Assembly: GCA_964423595.1 (NCBI GenBank)
Contig: CAYRFI010000004.1
Span: 12,327 to 76,326, forward strand
Direction of reading: 5' to 3'
Origin: an uncultured Thermoanaerobaculia bacterium
GTDB lineage: Bacteria > Acidobacteriota > Thermoanaerobaculia > Thermoanaerobaculales > Sulfomarinibacteraceae
Length of the DNA stretch: 64,000 nucleotides
The notes beneath the pieces were generated by a model that did no database searches, was not told where the DNA came from, and saw nothing but the letters and a program-made list of their open reading frames with translations. Both the position numbers and the translations under genes were made by a program. Each line of letters opens with the position of its first letter. Position 1 is the first letter of the stretch. Shown here one piece after another: positions 28,503 through 37,624 of this stretch.

Positions 28503-29345
28503 TCACTCGATCGACGGATCTTCGGGCAAGCCCAGCTCACGGTAGAGTTCGCGTCGTCCCGCCTTGTCGTTGTCGAGGATCGTCCGCGCATAGCGAGCCA
28601 CCTCTTCGGCCTGCGCCCGCGGTACCACCACCACGCCGTCGCCATCCGCAACGATGACGTCGCCTGGAATAACGAGTACGCCGCCGCAGACGATCGGCCG
28701 GTTGACTGACTCGATCTCGTTGCGGCCCGGCCGGATCCCGCGGCCGACGCCCCGAAAGTAGAGGGGCACACCCTCGGTCTCGATTTCGTCGGTGTCGCGG
28801 GCGGTAGCGTTGGTCACCACCCCGACCATCCCACGCTTCTTCCAGGCCAGGATGTTGTACGACCCGATCGAGCCCACGTCGACGGAGTTCGCGTCGTCGA
28901 GGACCAGCGCCGAGCCCGGACGAAGCAGGGCGTCAAAGGGCTCCGGGGAGATCTTCGAGTACCACTCCCCGACCCACTCGTCGAAGTCCCCGATCGACAT
29001 CTTTCCCGGGGAAGGACGGTTGGTCGGCACGTAGCGCGCGGTGACGGCGATACCGATGAAACGGTGGCGGTAGGTCTCGGAGTCCTTCCACAGAGGATGA
29101 ATTGCCGGGTCCATCAGCCCCGTGTTAGGGAGCCCGACGGCGGCGTCCATGCCGTCCGAGACGTCGGCGACCCGCAGCCCGTCAAAGAGCGTCAGCAGCT
29201 TCTGATCCTCCTCGGCCGTGAAGACCGGCGTCTTGATGAAGCTTTTGCCGGTTTGCAGTTCTTCGATCGCCGCACCATCCGGCGCCGTCTGGGCCGCTGA
29301 GGCGACCGCCATGAACACTGTCAAAACCGCGAAGATGGCTCGCAT
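28503..29345 (-). CDS. RraA/dimethylmenaquinone-methyltransferase-fold protein (HMG/CHA-aldolase-like) with signal peptide
   Basis: LRVADVSDGMDAVGL, VTNATARDTDEI and VIPGDVIVADGDGVVVVP. The start is trimmed to MRAIFAVLTVFMAVASAAQ (ATG 29345, GGAGGT upstream). Confidence 0.7.
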   Translation of the reverse strand: MRAIFAVLTVFMAVASAAQTAPDGAAIEELQTGKSFIKTPVFTAEEDQKLLTLFDGLRVADVSDGMDAAVGLPNTGLMDPAIHPLWKDSETYRHRFIGIAVTARYVPTNRPSPGKMSIGDFDEWVGEWYSKISPEPFDALLRPGSALVLDDANSVDVGSIGSYNILAWKKRGMVGVVTNATARDTDEIETEGVPLYFRGVGRGIRPGRNEIESVNRPIVCGGVLVIPGDVIVADGDGVVVVPRAQAEEVARYARTILDNDKAGRRELYRELGLPEDPSIE

Positions 29346-29358
29346 GGTGACCTCCTGG

Positions 29359-30558
29359 TCATTCTTCGATATTGAAAAGCAGCCGGGGCGCGTCGGCTTC
29401 ACGTGTGGAGAAGGACGCGTTGATCGAGCCCAACGGCGTGACGGCGATGCCGAGTGTTCGACCATCGGCCAGTCGTTGAAGAACGGGGCGCGAAATCGTG
29501 AACCAGGTCTTCGCACCCGCGGTCTCGGTCACCGGCCAATCGATGATCATCTGCGAATTGAAAACCTCTTCGAACGCCTCTCTCCGCAACAGGCTGGCGA
29601 CCGTCACCGTATTCCGCCGCCACGATGGGTCGCCGGCAAGGATTTCCACCACCCGGACGAGCCCGAAGTCCTTCATTTCCTCTTTATTTCGCTGGACCGA
29701 GTGGGTCGTCAGTTCCAGGAGGCCGTGGTCCGCCACCCGTCGACCCTGAAACACGTCGAGGTTCCAGCGGAGGATCACCCACATCGTCCCGCCGACCGTC
29801 AGCAGGCGGCGCCTCGACCCACCCTCGAGCACGGACCACCCACCCAGGTTGACGTCCGGATTCGCCACATCGATGATCGCGCTCTCAGCCGCCGGGATCG
29901 CGTGCTCGAAGGTGCCGGGATCCGGAACTGGTGGATGGTAGGGCAACGGCTCGCCGAGGTCGGGTCCCACCCGCGCCGCTTCCACGACATCGACCTTGAA
30001 CGAGTCGATATCGACCCGGTAGCGGCCGAGCCCCCAGTCCATCAGCGCCATCTGTGCGAAGACCGTGTCGCCCGTCTCGACCGGAAAGTCCCTGGTCGTC
30101 ATGCTGATGGTGTACCAGGTCTCCGCTTCGGGAATGTCGAACTCCATGAGGTGGCTGTGAAAGTCGGTCGTGCGTTGGGTGTTGACGTGAAGGTTGACCC
30201 GCCGCGGGGCGTGGCTGGATCGGATCCTCGCCTCCACCCGCAGCTCCCAGCCGGGCAGGGCCAGCGTTTCCAGGTCCATCTCTTGCGAAACCTTGTGCTT
30301 GATCAGCGCCCACCAGATATTGCGGCGGTCGCGGGTGGCATCGACCAGGATCGAGGCGTAACCCTCCGCCGTGCTCCGGAAATCGATCGTCGCCTTGCCG
30401 TCACCCGTGAAGAAGGACCAGCCCTCGAGACCGCTCTGATCGACCCGCAACACGGGATCGTCAAAGGTTTCGAGGAACTGCGCATCGGCAGAAATGGCGC
30501 AGGTCAGCAAAAATATCGACCAGATCACGAACCCAGAGGTGCTCTTCATGACCTGCAT
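29359..30558 (-). CDS. Secreted two-domain protein of unknown function (predicted beta-sandwich)
   Basis: Signal peptide [24 protein letters not shown] recognise no catalytic motif. It ends 13 nt upstream of the RraA-like gene. Confidence 0.55.
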   Translation of the reverse strand: MQVMKSTSGFVIWSIFLLTCAISADAQFLETFDDPVLRVDQSGLEGWSFFTGDGKATIDFRSTAEGYASILVDATRDRRNIWWALIKHKVSQEMDLETLALPGWELRVEARIRSSHAPRRVNLHVNTQRTTDFHSHLMEFDIPEAETWYTISMTTRDFPVETGDTVFAQMALMDWGLGRYRVDIDSFKVDVVEAARVGPDLGEPLPYHPPVPDPGTFEHAIPAAESAIIDVANPDVNLGGWSVLEGGSRRRLLTVGGTMWVILRWNLDVFQGRRVADHGLLELTTHSVQRNKEEMKDFGLVRVVEILAGDPSWRRNTVTVASLLRREAFEEVFNSQMIIDWPVTETAGAKTWFTISRPVLQRLADGRTLGIAVTPLGSINASFSTREADAPRLLFNIEE

Positions 30559-30562
30559 TCTC

Positions 30563-30612
30563 CCCCTGCCTCAGTGCGCTGTCGACCGTAGTAGACTCCG
30601 CGCGGAGGCAGC
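30563..30612 (+). promoter_or_regulatory. Hairpin that can sequester the GH94 Shine-Dalgarno (CCTGCCTC...GCGC / GCGC GGAGGCAG)
   Basis: CTGCCTC at 30566-30572 is complementary to GAGGCAG at 30605-30611, which contains the GGAGG 4 nt before ATG 30615. Flanking GCGC/GCGC extends the stem. Confidence 0.3.
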
Positions 30613-30614
30613 AG

Positions 30615-33041
30615 ATGCGATTCGGACACTTCGACGACGAGGCGCGAGAGTACGTCATCGCCACGCCGCGCACGCCCTATCCGTGGATCAACTACCTCGG
30701 AACCGAGGAGTTTTTTTCGTTGATCTCGCACACCGGCGGCGGCTACTGCTTCTATCGCGACGCCCGCTTCCGGCGGCTGCTGCGCTATCGCTACAACAAC
30801 AGCCCGACCGACGTCGGTGGTCGGGCGTTCTACATCCGTGACGGCGACGATGTGTGGTCGCCGGCCTGGATGCCGATAAAGCCGAAGCTCGACTCATTCG
30901 AGTGCCGCCACGGACTGGGAACGACGAAGATCCGGGGCTCGAGGAACGGTGTGACCGCCGAGATGTTCTATCTGGTGCCGCTGGGGGAGACCGCTGAGGT
31001 CTGCCGGCTCACTCTGACAAACGATTCAAAGACGCCGAAAGCGCTCAAAGTCTTCAGCTTTGTCGAGTTCTGCCTGTGGAACGCGTGGGACGACCAGACC
31101 AACTTCCAGCGCAACTTCTCGACCGGCGAGGTCGAGGTCGAGGGCAGCACCATCTATCACGTGACCGAGTACCGCGAGCGGCGCAATCACTACGCCGTCT
31201 TCGGCGTCAACGCGCCTATCGCCGGCTTTGACACCGACCGCGAGACCTTCATCGGCCTCTACAACGGTCTCCACGAACCTGAGGTTGTGCTGACCGGCAG
31301 CCCGCGCAACTCCACCGCCTCAGGCTGGGCGCCGATCGGATCCCACTGTCTCGAGGTCTCGATCGCGCCGGGCGAAGGCCGGGACTTCGTTTTCGTCCTC
31401 GGTTACGTCGAGAACCCGGTCGACGACAAGTGGGAGAAGCCGGGAGAGGTCAACAAGGAGCCGGCGCGCGCCCTGATGTCACGATTCAGCGACTCTGCGC
31501 AGGTCGAAGCCGCGGTCGCCAAGCTGCGCGACTACTGGTCATCACTGCTGGGAACCTACGTACTCGAGTCGCCCGACGAACGACTCAACCGGATGGTCAA
31601 CACCTGGAATCCCTACCAGTGCATGGTGACCTTCAATCAATCGCGCAGCGCCTCCTACTTCGAGAGCGGTATCGGCCGCGGCATGGGCTTTCGCGACTCC
31701 AACCAGGACCTTCTCGGTTTTGTCCACCTGATCCCGGAACGGGCCCGGCAGCGGATCCTCGACATCGCCGCCACCCAGTTTTCGGACGGCAGCGCCTATC
31801 ACCAGTACCAGCCGCTGACCAAACGCGGCAACCACGATATCGGCTCGGGCTTCAATGACGACCCGCTGTGGCTGATCGTCGGTGTCGCCGCCTACATCAA
31901 GGAAACCGGAGATTTCGAGATCCTGTCGGAGGAGGTGCCGTTCGACAACGACGAGGCCAACACCGCCTCGCTCTTCGAGCACCTGCGTCGATCTTTCCAC
32001 TTCACCTTGGAGAACCTCGGTCCGCACGGGCTGCCGCTGATCGGCCGCGCCGACTGGAACGACTGCCTCAACCTCAACTGCTTTTCGGAGACCCCGGATG
32101 AGCCCTACCAGACCACCGCCAACCGCGAGGGCCGAACCGCCGAGTCGGTCTTCATCGCCGGCCAGTTCGTCTATACGGCGTCCGACTACGCCGCCCTCGC
32201 AGATCACATGGGTTTCACGGAAGAAGCGACGGCGGCCCGCGAGCACGCAGCCAGCATGAAGGAAGCAATCCTCGAGCACGGTTGGGATGGCGATTGGTTC
32301 CTCCGTGCCTACGACTTCTTTGGCCACAAGGTCGGCAGCCATGAGTGCGAGGACGGCCAGATATTTATCGAGCCCCAGGGCTTCTGCGTCATGGCCGGGG
32401 TTGGCGTCGAGGATGGGAAGGCGTTGCGGGCCCTCGATTCGGTCGCAGAGAGACTCGCTACGCCCTACGGCATCGTCCTCAACCAGCCGGCCTACTCGGG
32501 CTACCACGTCGAGCTCGGTGAGATCTCATCCTACCCGCCCGGTTACAAAGAGAACGCGGGTATCTTCTGCCACAACAACCCGTGGGTGATGATCGCCGAG
32601 ACCCGGGTTGGGCGCGGCGACCGCGCCTTCGACTACTACAAACGGATCGCGCCGGCCTACCTCGAAGAGATCTCTGAGATTCACCGTACCGAGCCCTACG
32701 TCTATTCGCAGATGGTCGCGGGCCGGGACGCGGTTCGCGAGGGCGAGGCCAAGAACTCCTGGCTGACCGGCACCGCCGCCTGGAACTACGTTGCCATCGC
32801 CCACCACATGTTGGGGGTCCGCCCCGAGCTCGACGGACTCAGGGTGTCGCCGCGCATCGGCGCCGAGGTCCCGAGCTTCAGCGTCACCAGGAAGTGCCGC
32901 GGTGCCGTCTACCGTATCCGCGTCGTGAACTCGCTGGCGCACGATGAGCCGAGGCTGGTTGTCGATGGCACGGCAATCGAAGGCACTCTGGTGTCGTACG
33001 CCGCCGCCGGCGCCACCGTTGATGTGGAGTGTGAAACCTGA
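30615..33041 (+). CDS. GH94 disaccharide phosphorylase (cellobiose / N,N'-diacetylchitobiose phosphorylase family)
   Basis: [62 protein letters not shown] is the canonical GH94 N-terminus. At 808 aa it is full length. Confidence 0.85.
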   Translation: MRFGHFDDEAREYVIATPRTPYPWINYLGTEEFFSLISHTGGGYCFYRDARFRRLLRYRYNNSPTDVGGRAFYIRDGDDVWSPAWMPIKPKLDSFECRHGLGTTKIRGSRNGVTAEMFYLVPLGETAEVCRLTLTNDSKTPKALKVFSFVEFCLWNAWDDQTNFQRNFSTGEVEVEGSTIYHVTEYRERRNHYAVFGVNAPIAGFDTDRETFIGLYNGLHEPEVVLTGSPRNSTASGWAPIGSHCLEVSIAPGEGRDFVFVLGYVENPVDDKWEKPGEVNKEPARALMSRFSDSAQVEAAVAKLRDYWSSLLGTYVLESPDERLNRMVNTWNPYQCMVTFNQSRSASYFESGIGRGMGFRDSNQDLLGFVHLIPERARQRILDIAATQFSDGSAYHQYQPLTKRGNHDIGSGFNDDPLWLIVGVAAYIKETGDFEILSEEVPFDNDEANTASLFEHLRRSFHFTLENLGPHGLPLIGRADWNDCLNLNCFSETPDEPYQTTANREGRTAESVFIAGQFVYTASDYAALADHMGFTEEATAAREHAASMKEAILEHGWDGDWFLRAYDFFGHKVGSHECEDGQIFIEPQGFCVMAGVGVEDGKALRALDSVAERLATPYGIVLNQPAYSGYHVELGEISSYPPGYKENAGIFCHNNPWVMIAETRVGRGDRAFDYYKRIAPAYLEEISEIHRTEPYVYSQMVAGRDAVREGEAKNSWLTGTAAWNYVAIAHHMLGVRPELDGLRVSPRIGAEVPSFSVTRKCRGAVYRIRVVNSLAHDEPRLVVDGTAIEGTLVSYAAAGATVDVECET

Positions 33042-33044
33042 TGA

Positions 33045-33131
33045 GTGACCAGTAACCAGTACCCAGAACCGCCCACGCCCCCCGGGATATTGAATCCTCA
33101 AACTGATTACTGGTTACTGGTTACTGGCTTC
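33045..33131. repeat. Inverted heptamer arrays (left GTGACCA GTAACCA GTACCCA GAACC..; right TGATTAC TGGTTAC TGGTTAC TGGCTTC)
   Basis: The left array is 33045-33070, starting 4 nt after the GH94 stop. The right array is 33104-33131 and contains the stop and last codons of the lipoprotein gene. The spacer is 33 nt. This is a convergent junction. Confidence 0.8.
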
Positions 33132-34284
33132 CGCCTCGCACGACGCGCCGAATGATCTCGGCCCGCTCGGGGTCAGCCTCGATATGGTCCCACGACCAGA
33201 AGACGACCCCGGCCGACGGCGGTTCGAGGGCGGCGCGCAACGCGCCCTCGAACTTGGCACCGGAGAAGACCTCGCCCTCGCGATAGGCCGGGGCGACCTG
33301 GATGCTCGGCAGCACCGGGCAATCCGCGACCTGGTCGATGTCCTCGACCACCGACGCGATCCACTCGGGTGGTCGCCGAAGCATGAACGAGTAAGCCATC
33401 GGTGAGAGGAAGTCGGCAATCTCACTCAAGGCCGCGACATCCTGGCCGGCGACATGCTCAATGGCACCGTTGTAGTCGTCGCGCCTCCAGGGCACGATGT
33501 GGAGATTGATCAAAATGTCCGGATCGATATCCCGCACCGCATCGGAGATCTCTGCCGCCATCGAGGTGATGGTCTCCGTTTTGAAGCGGATCCACTGTTC
33601 GGCAGCGTTGGCCCGAATCCAGGCCGCCGCCCGCTGCGGCTGAGGAGGGATCGAAAATGCCGGCACACCAAGGAACGTCGCGAACGCCTGCAGACAGTGA
33701 ACGCAGTAGCAGGTATCCGGCAGCGTGGCCGGATCCCGGTCCGGCCCCACCATCTCCCAGAACACGAAGTCGCGAATGAAATCGATGCTGAGACCTTCGG
33801 GGCGCAACCGTTTGACGACGGCCCGCGCTTCCTCGATTCTGCGATCACGGAAGTCCGTGCGGCTCGGGCAGGCAAACTCCACCCAATCTTCCTTCGCCCG
33901 CTCGCCCGCCGCAGTAATGGCCCACAGGCCGGGATCCTCAGCGAGCTCTTCAGGGGCAAAGAAAACCGGAAAGATAATGAAGAGGTCAGTATTGTTTTTC
34001 TTTGCCAGCGCCCTGAAGCCGCCCGACGAGGTCAACTCTTCGCTGGCGAACACGGTGTTGATTCCAAGCGCCCGCCACTCATCGAAGAGCTCCGGGAGAT
34101 CGCGCTCGGTCTCGTAGATCTTGACACCGACGATGGATCCATCGGTCCGTTCCACCCGGTTTGTCGATTGAGCGCTATCCGGTATCGCCATCTCACCGGA
34201 TGTGTCGGGCGAGCCACCACAGCCTGCCGTGAGACAAGCGCTCAGCAGAAAGATCGCGTCCAGTGGGAGTATTCGACGAGTCAC
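33121..34284 (-). CDS. Uncharacterised lipoprotein, TIM-barrel glycoside-hydrolase-like (tentative)
   Basis: MTRRILPLDAIFLLSACLTAGCGG (lipobox). Alternating beta/alpha-like pattern (GINTVFAS, DLFIIFPVF, EGLSIDFIRDFVFWE, ILINLHIVPW, FLSPMAY, VVFWSW). Last gene of a sugar operon. Confidence 0.45.
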   Translation of the reverse strand: MTRRILPLDAIFLLSACLTAGCGGSPDTSGEMAIPDSAQSTNRVERTDGSIVGVKIYETERDLPELFDEWRALGINTVFASEELTSSGGFRALAKKNNTDLFIIFPVFFAPEELAEDPGLWAITAAGERAKEDWVEFACPSRTDFRDRRIEEARAVVKRLRPEGLSIDFIRDFVFWEMVGPDRDPATLPDTCYCVHCLQAFATFLGVPAFSIPPQPQRAAAWIRANAAEQWIRFKTETITSMAAEISDAVRDIDPDILINLHIVPWRRDDYNGAIEHVAGQDVAALSEIADFLSPMAYSFMLRRPPEWIASVVEDIDQVADCPVLPSIQVAPAYREGEVFSGAKFEGALRAALEPPSAGVVFWSWDHIEADPERAEIIRRVVRGGSQ

Positions 34285-35207
34285 GGCGCGTTTTCCTCTC
34301 CAGGCTCTTCGGGTGGCGGCAGGTCATCGGGCCCCGGCGGGAAGAGTTCGAGGACCGTGAAGTCGACCCAGTAGAGACCTTCGGTGTTCGCCACCCGGTC
34401 GAGGATCGCCCGCCCGATGTCACCCGGCGGATCGTCGAGCTCGGACCACCACGGGCGGTCCGAAGGGTAACCGTATTGAAAGCCGACCGGGGCCGGTGCG
34501 AAGGCGCGCCCCCATTCCGCGAACTCGTCCACCATCGCCTCGAGCGAGGGCAGGATCTGGCTGTCATCGATGAAGAACAGACCGTCGCGCACGGTCGGCG
34601 GCATCATGCCGGCCTCCCAGTGCTTGAGGAAGAGACGGTAGTCGGGATCGTGCTGCCGCACCGCCTCGAGCCAGGCGCTCGCCTCGGCATCGGTCACCGC
34701 CCTCCCCTCGGGCTGCTCGGTGGATTCGAACCACTCCACGTCAAGCCCGAACCCGACCACGGAAGGATGGTGCTTGTAGCGCCCGAGGATGAGGTGGATC
34801 AGCTCTTCGACCGGGGCATGGCCCGGCTCCGCCTGTAGCCACACTCGGAAGCCGTGGCGGTCGAAGAGGTCGAGCACGGCTTCGTTTTCGTCCGTCTCGG
34901 AGCCCGTGATGAGCGGATGGGCGTTCTCGACGGGGAAGTTCAGCACCGTCCCGTCGTCCTTCAATCGGCTGACGATCCAGATGGTTTCCGGCTTCGAGCC
35001 CGGGAAACGCGCCGCCATCTCCTGGCCGACCCGCAGCCAGTACTGCGGCCCGGGATTGTAGTCGGGACCGTACTCCGAGTAGCGGAAGCCCGCGCCGAGC
35101 GCAGGCCTCTCCTCGACGGCTTGCTTGCGAAGCGTGGCGCAGCCGACCGCGATCAACAGCGTGACCGCGCCTGCAACCGTGAATGAAACACGTGACGTCA
35201 GTCGCAT
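34281..35207 (-). CDS. Uncharacterised lipoprotein, glycoside-hydrolase-like (tentative)
   Basis: MRLTSRVSFTVAGAVTLLIAVGCA (lipobox), with AAGGAGAAAG upstream of ATG 35207. Internal VVGFGLDVEWFE and FRVWLQAEPGH. It overlaps the downstream gene by 4 nt. Confidence 0.45.
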   Translation of the reverse strand: MRLTSRVSFTVAGAVTLLIAVGCATLRKQAVEERPALGAGFRYSEYGPDYNPGPQYWLRVGQEMAARFPGSKPETIWIVSRLKDDGTVLNFPVENAHPLITGSETDENEAVLDLFDRHGFRVWLQAEPGHAPVEELIHLILGRYKHHPSVVGFGLDVEWFESTEQPEGRAVTDAEASAWLEAVRQHDPDYRLFLKHWEAGMMPPTVRDGLFFIDDSQILPSLEAMVDEFAEWGRAFAPAPVGFQYGYPSDRPWWSELDDPPGDIGRAILDRVANTEGLYWVDFTVLELFPPGPDDLPPPEEPGEENAP

Positions 35208-35220
35208 CACTTTCTCCTTA

Positions 35221-36072
35221 TCATCCTGTCGCATCCACGTAGAGGGCCGCCGCGCCGAGCACCGCCGCATCCTCCAGCACGCTCGGTGCCATCGCCAGCC
35301 GCTCGACGACGTGCGGGTAGGCGAACCGCTCGAGGCCCCGGCGCAGACCGCCCTCGAAGAGATCGAAGGCGGCGCTGATCGAACCACCGAAGATCACCGC
35401 CTGCGGGTCGTAGGCGTAGAGCGCAATCATCACCGCCTCCGAGAGCTCGGCGCCGTAGCGCGCGAAAGCCTCCAGCGCCGCTGCGTCACCCACGCGCGCC
35501 CGTCGGTAGATCTCGTCGCCGGCCTCGCCGCACTCCCGCTGAAAGAACCGGCCGGAGCAGTAATCCTCGAGCGTCAGCCCCTTGTGGGCCATCATGCCGA
35601 TCTCGCCGGCGCCGCAGTTGACGCCGCTGTAGAGCCTGCCGTTGATGATGACGCCGGTGCCCATGCCGGTGCCGAGGGTGAGGCCGACCAGGTCCGCGAA
35701 ATCCCGGCCGCGGCCGAAGACATGCTCGCCGACAGCGAAGGCATTGGCGTCGTTGTTGACGGAAACCGGCACGCCGAAGCGGTCTTCAAGCGCCGCCTTG
35801 AGGCGCACCTCCTTCCAGGAGGGGATGTTCTCGACGTCGAAGACGATGCCCTCGGCGACATCGACGACGCTGGGCACGCCGCAGCCGATGCCCACGACGG
35901 ATGGATCGAAAACCTCGTCAATGGCCTCAACGATCTCCGCCAGGACGACCTCCGCCGCCTCCTGCGCCGGCACGTTCCGGCGCACGACCCTGGACACGGT
36001 GCCTTCGATGACGGCGCCGACCGACACCTTGGTGCCGCCGAGGTCGACGCCGATGATGGCCGGCGCAGCCAT
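35221..36072 (-). CDS. ROK-family sugar kinase (glucokinase / N-acetylglucosamine kinase-like)
   Basis: IIGVDLGGTKVSVGAV, VNNDANAFAVGE and GTGMGTGVIINGRLYSGVNCGAGEIGMM. Confidence 0.8.
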   Translation of the reverse strand: MAAPAIIGVDLGGTKVSVGAVIEGTVSRVVRRNVPAQEAAEVVLAEIVEAIDEVFDPSVVGIGCGVPSVVDVAEGIVFDVENIPSWKEVRLKAALEDRFGVPVSVNNDANAFAVGEHVFGRGRDFADLVGLTLGTGMGTGVIINGRLYSGVNCGAGEIGMMAHKGLTLEDYCSGRFFQRECGEAGDEIYRRARVGDAAALEAFARYGAELSEAVMIALYAYDPQAVIFGGSISAAFDLFEGGLRRGLERFAYPHVVERLAMAPSVLEDAAVLGAAALYVDATG

Positions 36073-36075
36073 CGC

Positions 36076-37356
36076 TCAGTCGGCCCCGCCCCCGGTGAGC
36101 GATCGCAGGAGCTCACGGGGGCTGACGGTCGCGTTGTCGATCAACGGCTTCGCCCACAGCCCGATCGAGAGGATGTAGCCCAGCGTCACGAAAAGCACGG
36201 TCATGCCGATGCGGAGACCGAACTGATCGCCGAGCCAGCCGACCAGCGCCGACACCACCGCGCCACCGACGATGCCGGTGCAGAGGATGCCGGAGAACGA
36301 CCCGTGGTGCTCGGCCACCGAGTTGAGGGCGAGCGAGAAGACCACCGACCACATCACCGACAGGAAGAAGCCGACCATCATGAAAGCGATGTACGACACC
36401 GCGGTCGGTCCGAAGAGCGCGACCGCGAAGCTGATCATCGCCGCCGCCGAGAACCACACCAGGACCCTGCGGGCGTCGATCAGCTTGAGCAGAACGAGCC
36501 CGAGCAGACAGCCGGCGGTCAGTAGCCCCCAGAAATACGAAACGGCGCGGGCGCCTTCGACCTGGGGATCGAGCCCGTGATAGGTTTCGAGGAAACGCGA
36601 GACCCAATTGGCGACACCCTGCTCAGAGCCGACGTAGGCGAAGATGCCGAAGAAGAAGAGCCACACGTAGCGGTTCTTGAGGAGCTCGAGATACGAGGCG
36701 GCTGCACCAGCCTTCTCATCCTCCTTGAGTTCGACCTTCGGCAGTCGCACCGCGAAAAGGACCAGGATCATGATCAGAGTCACCACCGTGAAGACCCAGT
36801 ACAGTGACACCCAGGGCAGCTCGGACGGCACGACCCGCGCCAGCATCCCGAGGACGCCGCCCGCCGGCGCCGCACCGTCTCCGCCGAGGCGCGTCACCAG
36901 GTACGAGTAGACGTGGGGGCTGAGAAACGAAGCCGATCCGAAGACGAGCTGGCCCAGCACCGAGTAGAAGGCGAAGTGCTCCTCGCCGCCGGCCACTCGC
37001 AACAGCGGGTTGATAGCGACCTGGAGCATGGTCATGCCGATGCCGATCATGAAGAGCGACATCAGGGCGACGGTGAAGGTCGGCAACGAGGCGAAGAGGA
37101 ACGAACCGCCGAAGGCGAGGACGAAGGCTGCGATGAGAATCGGCTTCTGGCCGAAGCGATCGAGCAGGACGCCGGCCGGGATCGACATCACCCCATAGGC
37201 GACGAAAAATGAGAAGGGCAGGAACCCGGCCAGGGTCAGGCTGAGGCTGAATCCCTTGATGATGTCCGGCACCAACGGACCGAGGATGTTGGTGAGGAAC
37301 GAGATCACAAAGAAGATCAGAAGGACGAGTAAAACGATTCCCATGCTGCGTTTCAT
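36076..37356 (-). CDS. MFS sugar transporter, FucP/GluP (glucose/galactose/fucose:H+ symporter) type
   Basis: FFVISFLTNILGPLVPDIIKGFSLSLTLAGFLPFSFFVAYGVMSIPAGVLLDRFG is a FucP/GluP-type N-terminus. The start is trimmed to MKRSMG (ATG 37356). Confidence 0.8.
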   Translation of the reverse strand: MKRSMGIVLLVLLIFFVISFLTNILGPLVPDIIKGFSLSLTLAGFLPFSFFVAYGVMSIPAGVLLDRFGQKPILIAAFVLAFGGSFLFASLPTFTVALMSLFMIGIGMTMLQVAINPLLRVAGGEEHFAFYSVLGQLVFGSASFLSPHVYSYLVTRLGGDGAAPAGGVLGMLARVVPSELPWVSLYWVFTVVTLIMILVLFAVRLPKVELKEDEKAGAAASYLELLKNRYVWLFFFGIFAYVGSEQGVANWVSRFLETYHGLDPQVEGARAVSYFWGLLTAGCLLGLVLLKLIDARRVLVWFSAAAMISFAVALFGPTAVSYIAFMMVGFFLSVMWSVVFSLALNSVAEHHGSFSGILCTGIVGGAVVSALVGWLGDQFGLRIGMTVLFVTLGYILSIGLWAKPLIDNATVSPRELLRSLTGGGAD

Positions 37357-37390
37357 GGTGTTACCCCTTGAACTGACTGTTTGGCGAGCA

Positions 37391-37620
37391 TCCCGAGTCC
37401 GAGTCCGCGCCCGAATTCCGAACATGAACCACCAAGACACCAAGTACACCAAGAAAGCACGAAGGACTTCCACCCAGTCGCTTCCTCGCTGATCGGATCG
37501 CCTTGGCCAACGAAATCAAGAAATTCCTGATTGATCGCCGCCCGGCATTCCGGAAACAAAGGATTTCCCTGGTGTCCTTGGTGCTTTGGTGGTGAAAATT
37601 CGCGCGAACCGGGCATTTGG
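37391..37620. repeat. Long composite imperfect inverted repeat (CACCAAG-unit arrays and CCGAGT-type hexamers) in the GH2-MFS intercistronic gap
   Basis: CACCAAG occurs at 37430, 37438 and 37447, with CACGAAG at 37458. On the other arm, CCTGGTG is at 37568, CTTGGTG at 37577 and CTTTGGTG at 37584. The outer arms (CCGAGT CCGAGT CCGCGC CCGAAT at 37393-37416 versus ATTCGCGCGAACCGGG at 37598-37613) are partially complementary. Confidence 0.7.
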
Positions 37621-37624
37621 ATAA

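Noticed and set aside
28503-28771. 137-aa ORF 28358-28771 as an intact gene
   Set aside because: Only its last 40 or so residues look like a protein (the SDR C-terminus). The rest overlaps the RraA-like gene in another frame and is Ser/Arg/Ala-rich. It is treated as a pseudogene remnant instead.
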